In this document: positions 17,730 to 26,510 of the stretch, piece after piece | Position numbering within the stretch: the stretch's first letter is position 1 | Layout of the letters: every line of letters begins with the position of its first letter | Source of the DNA: Puniceicoccales bacterium Verruco_01 | Lineage (GTDB): Bacteria; Verrucomicrobiota; Verrucomicrobiia; Opitutales; Oceanipulchritudinaceae | Length of the DNA: 64,000 nt | NCBI GenBank assembly: GCA_001604565.1 | Contig: LVBV01000015.1 | Location: forward strand, 10,719-74,718 | Direction of reading: 5' to 3' | The notes under the pieces: model-generated | Databases searched by the model: none | What the model saw: only the letters and a program-made list of their open reading frames with translations | Told to the model about the DNA's origin: nothing | Position numbers and translations under genes: made by a program

Positions 17730-19811
17730 GTGATCTGCGGACTTTTCATCGCCGACGACGGTGGTGTTCACCTTTGCCGGGCTCTGGCCGACGGTTCCCG
17801 CGCCGTGGAGGTGGCGGGGACGTTCCGCCCCTGGCTCTGGGCGGCGGGCGAGCCGCTTGCCTCCGGCATGGAGGCCGTGCCCCTCTCGGGCGCGGGACGG
17901 CTCAACCGGCTTCTTTTCTTCGATTCGGTGGACTCCTTCCGCAAGGCGTTGGCGGACCGGACGCTGGAAAGCGAGGCCCTCCGTCCCGTGGAGGCGCAGT
18001 ACTTGGTGGAAAACCGCCTGCGCTTTTTTGACGGGATGAGCTTTGGCGAGCTGCGACGCATGACCCTTGCGATCGAGGTCGATTCCGGCGCGGAGGATCC
18101 CGACGCAATGAACACGGCGCACCGGATCCTCGCGATCGGTCTCGTCCTGCCGGACGGGACGGAGAAGATTCTTCACCCGGCGGAAGGCTCCTCCGGCGAA
18201 CGGGAAATGCTGGCCCGATTTGGTGAACTCTTGCACGCGGCAGACCCCGATGTCGTGGAAGGCCACGGAGTGGGGGACTTTGCCCTGGATTTCCTCGTCC
18301 GCCGTGCAAAACGCCTGCGCCTTCCGGCCCTGTGGGGACGCTTCGGTCAGGCAGCGAGCGTCCGCAAGAGCCGTATGCGCATCGCGGAGCGGTGGTTGGA
18401 CTTCAACCGCGCGGACCTGCCGGGGCGCACGGTCTTCGACAGCTTTCCGGCGGCGCAGGTGTTTGACATCACCGCGCGGGAGATGCCCGGCTACGAGCTG
18501 GAGAACGTGGCCGAATTCTTCGGCTGCGCCGCGCCGGAAGGGACGGAGGGCCTTGCGCGGAGCCTCGCTTTGCAACGGAACGTCTGCGGGATCCTGCTCC
18601 CCACCTATTTCGCGCAGGCGCAGAACATCCCGCTGCCGCCGCAGGAGGTGTGCCTGCGGGGGACTTCCGGCAAGGTGGACGCCCTGCTCTTCGAGCGGTA
18701 CTTCGCCGCGCGTCACGCGTTGCCGGACTATCCCGCCGGAAGCGCCTTCGAGGGCGCGTTTTCCAGGAGCTTCGAGACCGGCGTGTTCCACTCTGTCCTG
18801 CACTACGACGTGGCCTCGCTCTATCCGTCGCTGCTATTGGCCATGAACCGCAATCCGGCGGGCGACGAACTGGGCGTGTTCCTGCCGCTTCTCAAGGAGC
18901 TGCGGGATCTGCGCCTACAATACAAGAAAATGGCGCGCGAGGCTTCGAGCGAGGAACTCAAGAGCCGCTACGGATCGCGCCAGCAGAGCTTCAAGATCCT
19001 CATCAACTCCTTCTACGGCTACCTCGGCTTCCCGCAGGCGCGCTTCGCCGACCCCGCCCTTGCCGCCGAGGTGACGCGTCAGGGACGCGAACTCATCCAG
19101 AAACTCGTGGAGGCCTTCATTGCGGCGGGCTGCCGGGTGCTGGAGGCCGATACGGACGGCATCTATGTGGCGGGCGGGGAATTCGCCGCCGATCCGGAGG
19201 CGCTCCTCGCAAAGGTGACCCACGTTTTGCCGGAGGGCGTCTCCCTCGAATTCGACGGGGCGTATGAGTCCATGTTCTGCTACAAGGCGAAGAACTACGC
19301 GCTTCTTAAGGACGGCAAGGTCCACATCGCCGGGAGCGCCCTGCGCTCGCGCGGGATCGAGCCCTTCCTCGGCGCACTGACCGAGGCTCTCCTTGCGTGG
19401 CTTCTCGGCAAAAGCCCTGTCCATCCCTCGGAGAGGGTTGCCAAGGCGCGCGCGCAAATCGAATCCGGCGCCATGCCGGTCGCGATGCTGGCCAAAAGCG
19501 AGTATCTTTCCATGAGCCCGGAGGCGTACCGAAAAAAGATGGAAGAGGGCGGCAAACCGCGCCGCGCCTCGTTGGAGGTGGCCCTCCGCATGAGCCCGGC
19601 CCCGCGCATGGGTTCGCGCGTTTGCTATTACCTGGCCCCGAAAGAGAAGGGGATGACCTCCGACTGGCAGCGGGCGAAGGCGCTTGCCGAATTCGACCCG
19701 CAGAACGCCCCCTATGACGCGAAAACGTATCTCTCGCGCCTCGATGACTGGGAGGAGCGCTTCGGGCTCTTTTACGGCAAGGGCGATGCGCAGGGGGAAC
19801 TCTCGCTGTGA
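17730..19811 (+). CDS. family-B DNA polymerase (Pol II-like) with degenerate exonuclease motifs
   Basis: Motif A 'YDVASLYPS', motif B 'KILINSFYG', motif C 'ADTDGIYV', KxY 'KAKNYAL'. N-terminal lobe is colinear with E. coli Pol II but reads 'LAIEVD' for 'SIDIET' and 'GDFALDFL' for 'VQFDLRML'. GTG start. Confidence 0.9.
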   Translation: MICGLFIADDGGVHLCRALADGSRAVEVAGTFRPWLWAAGEPLASGMEAVPLSGAGRLNRLLFFDSVDSFRKALADRTLESEALRPVEAQYLVENRLRFFDGMSFGELRRMTLAIEVDSGAEDPDAMNTAHRILAIGLVLPDGTEKILHPAEGSSGEREMLARFGELLHAADPDVVEGHGVGDFALDFLVRRAKRLRLPALWGRFGQAASVRKSRMRIAERWLDFNRADLPGRTVFDSFPAAQVFDITAREMPGYELENVAEFFGCAAPEGTEGLARSLALQRNVCGILLPTYFAQAQNIPLPPQEVCLRGTSGKVDALLFERYFAARHALPDYPAGSAFEGAFSRSFETGVFHSVLHYDVASLYPSLLLAMNRNPAGDELGVFLPLLKELRDLRLQYKKMAREASSEELKSRYGSRQQSFKILINSFYGYLGFPQARFADPALAAEVTRQGRELIQKLVEAFIAAGCRVLEADTDGIYVAGGEFAADPEALLAKVTHVLPEGVSLEFDGAYESMFCYKAKNYALLKDGKVHIAGSALRSRGIEPFLGALTEALLAWLLGKSPVHPSERVAKARAQIESGAMPVAMLAKSEYLSMSPEAYRKKMEEGGKPRRASLEVALRMSPAPRMGSRVCYYLAPKEKGMTSDWQRAKALAEFDPQNAPYDAKTYLSRLDDWEERFGLFYGKGDAQGELSL

Positions 19812-20296
19812 AAACCAGAGCCTTTTCGCTCGTGGAGGTGATCGCGGCGCTTTCGATTCTCGCGGTGCTCGGCGTCGCGGCGGGGACTCTTGCCTCCAGC
19901 CGCGAGGGCGCAAGGGAGCGGACCGCAGCCCTTGCCGGAGCCCCGGCGGCGATGGAGGCGCTCTCTTCGGCTTTGCAGGGCGAGAACCCCGCCGCCTTTG
20001 CCGCGCGGATTGCGGCGGAGGGCCGGGCCTTCCTCTGGCGCGACGCGGGGCGCGAGGGGGCGCCCTGGTGCATGGCTTTTGCGGCGGAGCTGCCGGATGC
20101 GGTCGATCCGTACGGGCCGCTGTTTGTTGCGGAAATTTCCAATCCCCGCCTGCGCGCGGACGGACGGGCGGCGGAGTTCTCCGTTGCCCTCGGCTGGCTC
20201 GCTCCCGTGCCTGCGGAAACCCGCGCCGCGCTTCTTGCCCGAGCGTCCGGCGCGGCACAGCTTTGCCGCTATCCGGCTATCATCGTCAGCCCATGA
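19808..20296 (+). CDS. prepilin-type N-terminal domain protein (pseudopilin-like), 162 aa
   Basis: 'MKTRAFSLVEVIAALSILAVLGV' is a class-III signal with Glu at +5 (Ala at -1). The GTG start overlaps the polymerase stop (GTGA). Confidence 0.7.
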   Translation: MKTRAFSLVEVIAALSILAVLGVAAGTLASSREGARERTAALAGAPAAMEALSSALQGENPAAFAARIAAEGRAFLWRDAGREGAPWCMAFAAELPDAVDPYGPLFVAEISNPRLRADGRAAEFSVALGWLAPVPAETRAALLARASGAAQLCRYPAIIVSP

Positions 20297-20919
20297 AAAC
20301 GCGCGGCCTCACGCTGGTGGAACTCATGGCGGCGCTGGCCCTCACGGCGGTCGTCGTGGGCATCGCGGGGGCGCTCCTGTTCCGGAGCCTCGACCTCGTG
20401 GAACGGGAGGCGGACTCTTCCGCCGCCGCGCGCGATGCCGATCTGGCCCTCGACGATCTGGCCGCGGACCTCGCCGCGCAGAGGGACGCCCGGGAACTGC
20501 CCGCGCCGGTCGCTGCCTTTGCGCTCACCAAGGAGAACCGCGTCCTCGCCCTCTCTATCGCAGCCCCGGACGGAACTCGCGCCGTGGCGTGGTTTTTCGC
20601 CGGAGAAGGCCCCTTCGATCTTATCCGAGTGGAGGTGGATTCTTCCGCGACCAGCGCCGCCCTGCCGGGAAACGCCGCTAACGCCGCCGCCCGCGCGATC
20701 CTTGCGGGCACCGCCACAGTGGGGGAGTCCGGCGCGATTCTGGAATGCCCGCGCGTCACGCGGCTCCATCTGGACGCGGCCCACCCAAAGGAAATCCCGC
20801 AGATCGCGATGGAAAGCCTTTCCGCCGAGGGCGCGCGTCGTCTTGCGGAGGGAGGGACCCTGTCTGCCCTTCCAGCGCGCTGCGTCCAATCTTCGGCAAG
20901 GCCGGTTCCGGTCCGCTGA
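20293..20919 (+). CDS. prepilin-type N-terminal domain protein (pseudopilin-like), 208 aa
   Basis: Internal Met of ORF 19684..20919: 'MKTRGLTLVELMAALALTAVVVG' (G|L-T-L-V-E). ATGA overlap with the preceding gene. Confidence 0.7.
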   Translation: MKTRGLTLVELMAALALTAVVVGIAGALLFRSLDLVEREADSSAAARDADLALDDLAADLAAQRDARELPAPVAAFALTKENRVLALSIAAPDGTRAVAWFFAGEGPFDLIRVEVDSSATSAALPGNAANAAARAILAGTATVGESGAILECPRVTRLHLDAAHPKEIPQIAMESLSAEGARRLAEGGTLSALPARCVQSSARPVPVR

Positions 20920-20927
20920 TCGCGCCG

Positions 20928-23549
20928 CTACTTTGTGGCGGAGGGAGTGTCCCGATCCGCCGGTTTGGCGAGGAGATCCCCGCCTTCGCCGAGGTTAGGG
21001 GGCAGCGTCACCCAGTCGGCGGCCACGCGCGCGGCCTCGCGCATCGGGATGTCGAAGCGCGCCTCGCCGTCGAGCACGTCGGGGTCCAGATCCACCAGCT
21101 TGTGGAAGAAGGCGGGCAGCAGCTTGTCGAGATCGGCTCCCTTCACCTCCGGCAGATACTGCGCGAAGGTGGCCTCCACGTTGAAATTCGAGCCTCGGTC
21201 GGAATTGCGCAGGTGGCGCAGGATGTTCGCGGCTACGTCCTCCTTCACGGTCTGGCCGAGGGCCGCGGTCATCGCGGCGGCCACTTCGCCCGCCTTGCGG
21301 CCCGCACTCTCGTAGTCGATATCCTCCACGTTCACCGACGTGATGACGCCTTTGGCGTCCTCGAAGTAGAAGATCTTCTGATAATAGTTGTTTGCGCGCG
21401 GACGGCCATTGGGGAGGATTCCCTCGTGAAGCTGGGTCTGATGGGTGGCGCTCTTTTCCTCGGCGAGGCGCAGCTCCACCTTCTCGCGCTTCCAAGGATC
21501 CTTGGCGCGCATGGAATCAAGAAAATCCTCCATCTTGTTGCGGAAGAGCTTGTCTTGTTCGCGCTCGGCGCGGCGCGTGGCCTCGCAGAGGGAGATGTCC
21601 TTCTTGTCGTCCACGTCGCGGAAGCGGGCGATCGACTGAGCGAGGTAGTCGAATTCCGGGCTGGTTGCCCGGCGCTTTTCGGAAAGGGTGGAAAGTCGGG
21701 AGAGCACAGAGGGTGTCACCTCGGCACCGCCGGGGGCGATCACGCCCGCCTCGTTCCAGAGGGCGGGTGCGATGGAATCCCAGGGCAGGTGGTGGTCGAG
21801 ATCCGTCTCGCCGATCGGGAGGAACTCGCTGATGGAGGGGATCACGATATCGCTCGCCACGCCTTTTTCCTGCGTGGAGGCGCCGTCGGGCAGGTAGAAT
21901 TTCTGGATCGTGATCTTCAGCATGCCGAGCTCCTGCTGGCTTGCGAAGGGGTTCAAGTTCTGGCGCATGGCGTCGAGGGGGATCGTCTGCTGGACGGTGC
22001 CCTTGCCATGGGTCGTCTTGTCGCCCACGATCACCGCGCGGCGGAGCACCTGTAGGGCTCCGGCGCAGATCTCGCTGGCGGAGGCGCTGCTGCGAGAGAC
22101 GAGCACCACCAAGGGCCCCGAATACGCCACGAAGCCGCCGTCGTCGTCAAAATCCGTGCGCGTGCGACCGTTTTCGTAGCGCACCTGCACGACCGGGCCG
22201 TCCTTGATAAAGAGGCCGGTCAGGCGGATCGCTTCGGAAAGCAGGCCGCCGCCGTTGCGGCGCAGGTCTAGCACGATGGCCTTGGCCCCGCGCGCCTGAA
22301 GTTTCATGAGAAGCTCCTGCACGTCGCGCGTGGTGGTGGGGGCATTCGGCCCGTCGCTTGAATCCGCGCCGTAAAAGGAGGGCAGGTTGATGACGCCTAC
22401 GGGAATCGTGCCGATGCCGTCCGGAGCGGGCACCTGAAACAGGCGGGCGCTTGCCAGCTGCTCGGTCAGGCGGACTTCGTCGCGCACGATTTTGACGGTG
22501 CGCTTGCCCGTCGGATTGTTCGCGGGAACGATGGTGAGGGTCACTTCGCTTCCCTTGGCGCCGCGGATGAGCTTCACGACCTTGGTGAGCTTCATGTCCA
22601 CCACGTCCATCGCCTCATCGGAACCCTGCGCCACGGCGATGATCTTGTCGCCGGGGTTCACCTGACCGGAAAGCTCCGCCGGGCCGCCGGGGATCAGTTC
22701 CGCGATCGTGCAATAGCCGTCCTCGCTCGTCAGAATGGCGCCGATGCCCTGAAGGCTGTTGCTCATGGCGATGGAGAAATTCTCCGCCGCCTCCACGCTC
22801 ATGAAATTGGAATGCGGGTCGAAAAGCTCGGTGAAGCTGTTTAAGAACATCTCCTCCACCTCGTAGCTCTCCATCTCCGAGAGCGCGCGCCCGATGCGCT
22901 CATAGCGATGCTTCAGCCGATCCTTCGTCTGGTCGGGGCCCTCGCCGTTGATGATGCCGTCCAGCATCTCGAACTTGAGGCGCTTCTCCCAGAGGTTGTC
23001 CGCCTCCATCTGGTTCGCGGGCCAGCTCTCCTTTTGGCGGTCGGGCCTGTAGCTCTCCTCTCTTGTGAAGTCGAAGGGTTTCTCCAGCCGCGCATAGACC
23101 CACGCGAGGCGATCCTTCACCCGCTGGCGGTAGAGATGGAAGATCTCGAAGGCGGGGTAGAGGTTCCCCTTCACGAGGTACTCGCTCTTGATCGTCGCGG
23201 CGAAGCGCGCGTCGATCTCGTTCTCGTCCGCCTGCGAGAAGAAGAGCTTGGAATAATCCAGCTCCTTCATGTAGGCGGCGATGAGCTCCTTCGGGTCGAT
23301 CGCGTCGATCGTGGTGGAGCCGTAGTGGCGGCTGGACATGTACGCCAGCACAAGGCGCGTCTCCTCGCGGAAGCGGTTCGACAATTCCCGCGTGATGCGG
23401 AATTCGTCCGAAGAGGTCGCCGCGGGCGGGGGCGTGGCGTCCTGCTGGGCGGAAAGAGGGGCCGCGGAAAAGAGGGCGGCGAGCGACAGGAGGCCGAAGG
23501 CGCCTCTTGCGGCGCGGGCGGCGTGGAAGAAGGAAATACGGGCGGCCAT
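20928..23549 (-). CDS. prc: S41-family tail-specific (C-terminal processing) protease with PDZ domain
   Basis: Real start at 'MAARISFFHAARAARGAFGLLSLAALFSAAPLSAQ' (signal). PDZ segment 'GIGAILTSEDGYCTIAELIPGGPAELSG'. S41 motifs 'LDLRRNGGG', 'SASASE' and 'THGKGTVQ'. 873 aa. Confidence 0.9.
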   Translation of the reverse strand: MAARISFFHAARAARGAFGLLSLAALFSAAPLSAQQDATPPPAATSSDEFRITRELSNRFREETRLVLAYMSSRHYGSTTIDAIDPKELIAAYMKELDYSKLFFSQADENEIDARFAATIKSEYLVKGNLYPAFEIFHLYRQRVKDRLAWVYARLEKPFDFTREESYRPDRQKESWPANQMEADNLWEKRLKFEMLDGIINGEGPDQTKDRLKHRYERIGRALSEMESYEVEEMFLNSFTELFDPHSNFMSVEAAENFSIAMSNSLQGIGAILTSEDGYCTIAELIPGGPAELSGQVNPGDKIIAVAQGSDEAMDVVDMKLTKVVKLIRGAKGSEVTLTIVPANNPTGKRTVKIVRDEVRLTEQLASARLFQVPAPDGIGTIPVGVINLPSFYGADSSDGPNAPTTTRDVQELLMKLQARGAKAIVLDLRRNGGGLLSEAIRLTGLFIKDGPVVQVRYENGRTRTDFDDDGGFVAYSGPLVVLVSRSSASASEICAGALQVLRRAVIVGDKTTHGKGTVQQTIPLDAMRQNLNPFASQQELGMLKITIQKFYLPDGASTQEKGVASDIVIPSISEFLPIGETDLDHHLPWDSIAPALWNEAGVIAPGGAEVTPSVLSRLSTLSEKRRATSPEFDYLAQSIARFRDVDDKKDISLCEATRRAEREQDKLFRNKMEDFLDSMRAKDPWKREKVELRLAEEKSATHQTQLHEGILPNGRPRANNYYQKIFYFEDAKGVITSVNVEDIDYESAGRKAGEVAAAMTAALGQTVKEDVAANILRHLRNSDRGSNFNVEATFAQYLPEVKGADLDKLLPAFFHKLVDLDPDVLDGEARFDIPMREAARVAADWVTLPPNLGEGGDLLAKPADRDTPSATK

Positions 23550-23560
23550 GTGGATAGCGA

Positions 23561-26446
23561 TTAAACGGTGCCGGATGAGTTTTGCATAGACAAATCGTGA
23601 CCGCCGGTATTTCCGGTCGTCACGCGGTCGAAAAGAGCGCGGTTCTCCCTCATGCGGACCTTGAGATCGTCCATCAGTGCCGCGAAGGAGGGAAAATTCA
23701 TCCAGCGGGCGATGGAATGTTCGAGGTCGGAATCGACCGCGATCTCCGTCACGGGGCTGTTGTGCTCGCGCCGCAGGCGGAATTCGATGTTCCGCAGGCG
23801 GTCGTAGTTCTCGACGAGCTTCGCGGCGTCCGCCTCCGGGAGAATCCCGAGCTTGCCAAGCGCAGCGAGGGTGACGCGTGTGTTCTGTCCGTGCAACTGC
23901 GGGCGGTCCCGCCCGAATTCCATCTGGAGGGTCTGCGCGATGAATTCGCAGTCGAGGATGCCGCCGGGTCCGGCCTTGAAACAGCGGCACGGTTCTTTTC
24001 CGCGCGTTTTTTCCTCCTCGATGCGGCGGCGCATGGAGCGCACTTCTGTCAGCATTTCAGGGAAGGGGCCTTCTTCAAAAAGCAGTTTTTCCCGCAGGGC
24101 CATGAATTCCGCCGCTGTCGCCTCGCGGGCGGAGCGGGCGTCGGACCGGTCTGAGATCGGGCGGCTGCGCAGGAGAGCCTGGCGTTCCCAGAACATCCCG
24201 CCGTGGCCGTGGTGGTAGCGGTCCAACGCCGGAAGCGAGACGACGAGCGGTCCGTCGATCCCGTGCGGGCGCAGGCGCATGTCCACTTCGAACCCTGCGC
24301 CGAGGGGACCCTTGAAGCCGAGAATGTGGGACAGGCACAGCGCCTTGCGGGTCATGGTTTCGGTCGATTCCCCCCGGCAGACGAGCATCATGTCGAGGTC
24401 GCTCCCGAACGACATTTCCCTTGCGCCGAATTTGCCCATCGCCACGACGGCCATCTCCCCCTCGGGATCGACGCGGCGGAGCATTTCGTCCACCACCACG
24501 CTCGCGAGGCGCGAGAGGGCGAATTCCACTCTTTCGAGATTCACCATGCTCAGGACCTGCGCCATGGCGATCCGCACCTGCTCGGCCTTGATCCAGAGCC
24601 AGAGGGCCTTTGCCGTCTCCTCGTCGGCGTCCGTTTCCAGAGCGCGGATTTCCCGGCGCATGACGCGGCCCATCTTGTTGAGCCGAAGGGTGCCCGTCAT
24701 CATGAGCTCCTCCAGAATCTCCGGATGGGCGCAGACCAGGGCGTGGATGAAGCTCGACCGGTCGAAGAGCTTGCACAGGGCCTTGAAGAAGGGAAGGTTC
24801 CCGGCGCAGAGGCGCAAGAAGCTCTTGCGCGCCCCGTAGCGGTCCGCGTACTCGTTCACCCGTCCCAGCGTCCTCAAAGGGTGGGCGCTCGGAGCCAGCG
24901 CCTCCGGGAAGGTGCCGGAAAGGTCGATCATCAAAAGCGCCGTCTCGCGCGTGATGACACGGATCGGTGCGTCGCCGAGGGCCAGACGCCGCAGTCCCGC
25001 CTCGATCGGGGGACGCGGGCCCCAGAAGACCTTCGCGATCATCGCCTCGATCCCGCGGCCTGGCGTCTCGCCCGCGATGAACTCGATCCATTCGCCGATC
25101 AGGCTCTCGCGGCTGGAGATGGGGAAATACCGCTCGTACATCGCGCGCACGCCGCCGCGCACCTCCTCAAGACGCGCCTCGAATTCCGCCTCGTCCATCT
25201 CGAGGGAGAGAGCCAGCGCCCTGCGCTCGGGGCTGCCCTCGGGCGGAAGAGTCTGCGTGTGTTCCTCGCCCCGCATTTGCAGGCGCTGCTCCACGCGGCG
25301 CAGCCATAAGTACGAGAGGCACAGGAAGTTCACTTCCTCCACCGTGAGAATTTCATAACGTTCCAGTCCCGCCATTGCCGCGAGGGTGGAACCGGTCTGC
25401 AAAAACGGGTTCTTGCCCTGGTACACGCATTGGAGGGCCTGCACGATGAACTCGATCTCGCGGATGCCGCCCCAGCCGTTCTTGATGTCCAGCCGGAAGT
25501 TTTCCTCGCCGAGGACCTCGTGCTCGATGCGGATCTTCAGGCCCGCCACCTCCTCGAAGAGCGAGGGTGGGGGAGTGCGAGGGAAGCGGAAGGGGGACAG
25601 CGTTTCCAGCAGTTCGCCGCCGAGCGACAGGTCCCCCGCCACGGCCCGCGCCTTCATGAGGGCCATGCGCTCCCAGGTCTGGCCCGAGGAATAGTAATAG
25701 TTCTCCATCGCAGCCGCTGTGCTGACGAGCGGGCCGCTGTTGCCCTCCGGACGAAGGCGGAGGTCAATATTGAAGAGGAAGCCCTCCTCCGTCCGTTCCT
25801 GAAGAAGCCCCGTGTATTCTCTCGCCAGACGGGCAAAGGCTGTCTCGTTGGGCGTGGTGGTAACCCGGGTGCCCTTGCGGCAAGAGCCCCGTCCGTCGGA
25901 AACGTAGATGAGGTCGAGGTCCGAGACGAAATTGAGTTCCCCGCCCCCCATCTTGCCCAAGGCCAACACAGCAAAACGCGCGGGGCGGTTCTCCTGTTCG
26001 TCCCAAGGTTCGCCCATCGCGGCAAACACCCGTTCCTCCGCAAGGGTCAGCGCCTCGCCGAGGACGAACTCGGCCAGCGCCGTCAGTTCGTGCATCGAGG
26101 TGCGGATGTCGGCAAAGCCGCAAAGGTCGCGGTAGGCGATGCGCATGGCCACGGCGCGGCGCAGGCGGCGGAGCTTCTGGCGGCGCTCTTGGTTCGAGGC
26201 GCCCTCCGGCACGGCGAGCGCCGGGTGTTGCCGCAGGCGGGCAAAATCGCGCGGGTGGAGGAGCGGGGCATCCGTTTCCGGCGCCTCCAGCCACAGCGTC
26301 AGTTCCGGCAGGCGGCGCAAAAGATCGCGGTACACCGGGCAGAAGGCGGCGAGCATCCCCAGTTGTTTGCGCGCTTGGGCGCCCGGAAGCGGAGACTCCG
26401 GCATCTTCGCCCTCAAAAGTTCCAGTATTTCCGCCGCTTCGTCCAT
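23561..26446 (-). CDS. glnE: bifunctional glutamine synthetase adenylyltransferase/adenylyl-removing enzyme
   Basis: Two nucleotidyltransferase repeats ('LGKMGGGELNFVSDLDLIYV' and 'MGKFGAREMSFGSDLDMMLV'), 'DLRLRPEG'/'DMRLRPHG'. 961 aa. Its stop lies 11 nt before the prc start. Confidence 0.95.
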   Translation of the reverse strand: MDEAAEILELLRAKMPESPLPGAQARKQLGMLAAFCPVYRDLLRRLPELTLWLEAPETDAPLLHPRDFARLRQHPALAVPEGASNQERRQKLRRLRRAVAMRIAYRDLCGFADIRTSMHELTALAEFVLGEALTLAEERVFAAMGEPWDEQENRPARFAVLALGKMGGGELNFVSDLDLIYVSDGRGSCRKGTRVTTTPNETAFARLAREYTGLLQERTEEGFLFNIDLRLRPEGNSGPLVSTAAAMENYYYSSGQTWERMALMKARAVAGDLSLGGELLETLSPFRFPRTPPPSLFEEVAGLKIRIEHEVLGEENFRLDIKNGWGGIREIEFIVQALQCVYQGKNPFLQTGSTLAAMAGLERYEILTVEEVNFLCLSYLWLRRVEQRLQMRGEEHTQTLPPEGSPERRALALSLEMDEAEFEARLEEVRGGVRAMYERYFPISSRESLIGEWIEFIAGETPGRGIEAMIAKVFWGPRPPIEAGLRRLALGDAPIRVITRETALLMIDLSGTFPEALAPSAHPLRTLGRVNEYADRYGARKSFLRLCAGNLPFFKALCKLFDRSSFIHALVCAHPEILEELMMTGTLRLNKMGRVMRREIRALETDADEETAKALWLWIKAEQVRIAMAQVLSMVNLERVEFALSRLASVVVDEMLRRVDPEGEMAVVAMGKFGAREMSFGSDLDMMLVCRGESTETMTRKALCLSHILGFKGPLGAGFEVDMRLRPHGIDGPLVVSLPALDRYHHGHGGMFWERQALLRSRPISDRSDARSAREATAAEFMALREKLLFEEGPFPEMLTEVRSMRRRIEEEKTRGKEPCRCFKAGPGGILDCEFIAQTLQMEFGRDRPQLHGQNTRVTLAALGKLGILPEADAAKLVENYDRLRNIEFRLRREHNSPVTEIAVDSDLEHSIARWMNFPSFAALMDDLKVRMRENRALFDRVTTGNTGGHDLSMQNSSGTV

Positions 26447-26510
26447 GTTCCGTTGATCCGTCGTTATCAGCTTTGTAAAAGGTTCACCGCAAGAGCCCGG
26501 ATGTTTTCAC

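Noticed and set aside
17616-18803. N-terminal 396 codons of ORF 16764..18803
   Set aside because: Antisense to the polB-like gene. The recognisable HTH-MBL protein starts at Met 17615.
18915-20258. 447-aa and 278-aa minus-strand ORFs over the end of the polymerase gene and the first pilin-like gene
   Set aside because: Extremely Arg/Pro/Ala-rich ('RRAPRESKAPRSPPRAKR'), which is characteristic antisense noise. The plus-strand genes have clear motifs.
23550-23990. N-terminal 147 codons of ORF 20928..23990
   Set aside because: They overlap the 3' end of glnE in another frame and are Arg/Pro-rich. The protease begins with its signal peptide at Met 23549.
26470-26510. Similarity between 'gctttgtaaaaggttcaccgcaagagcccgg' and the reverse complement of 27645-27690, considered as alternative IS inverted repeats
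   Set aside because: The right-hand partner is fully explained as the glgP rho-independent terminator. The match is patchy, and using it would make the element longer than IS30-family members.
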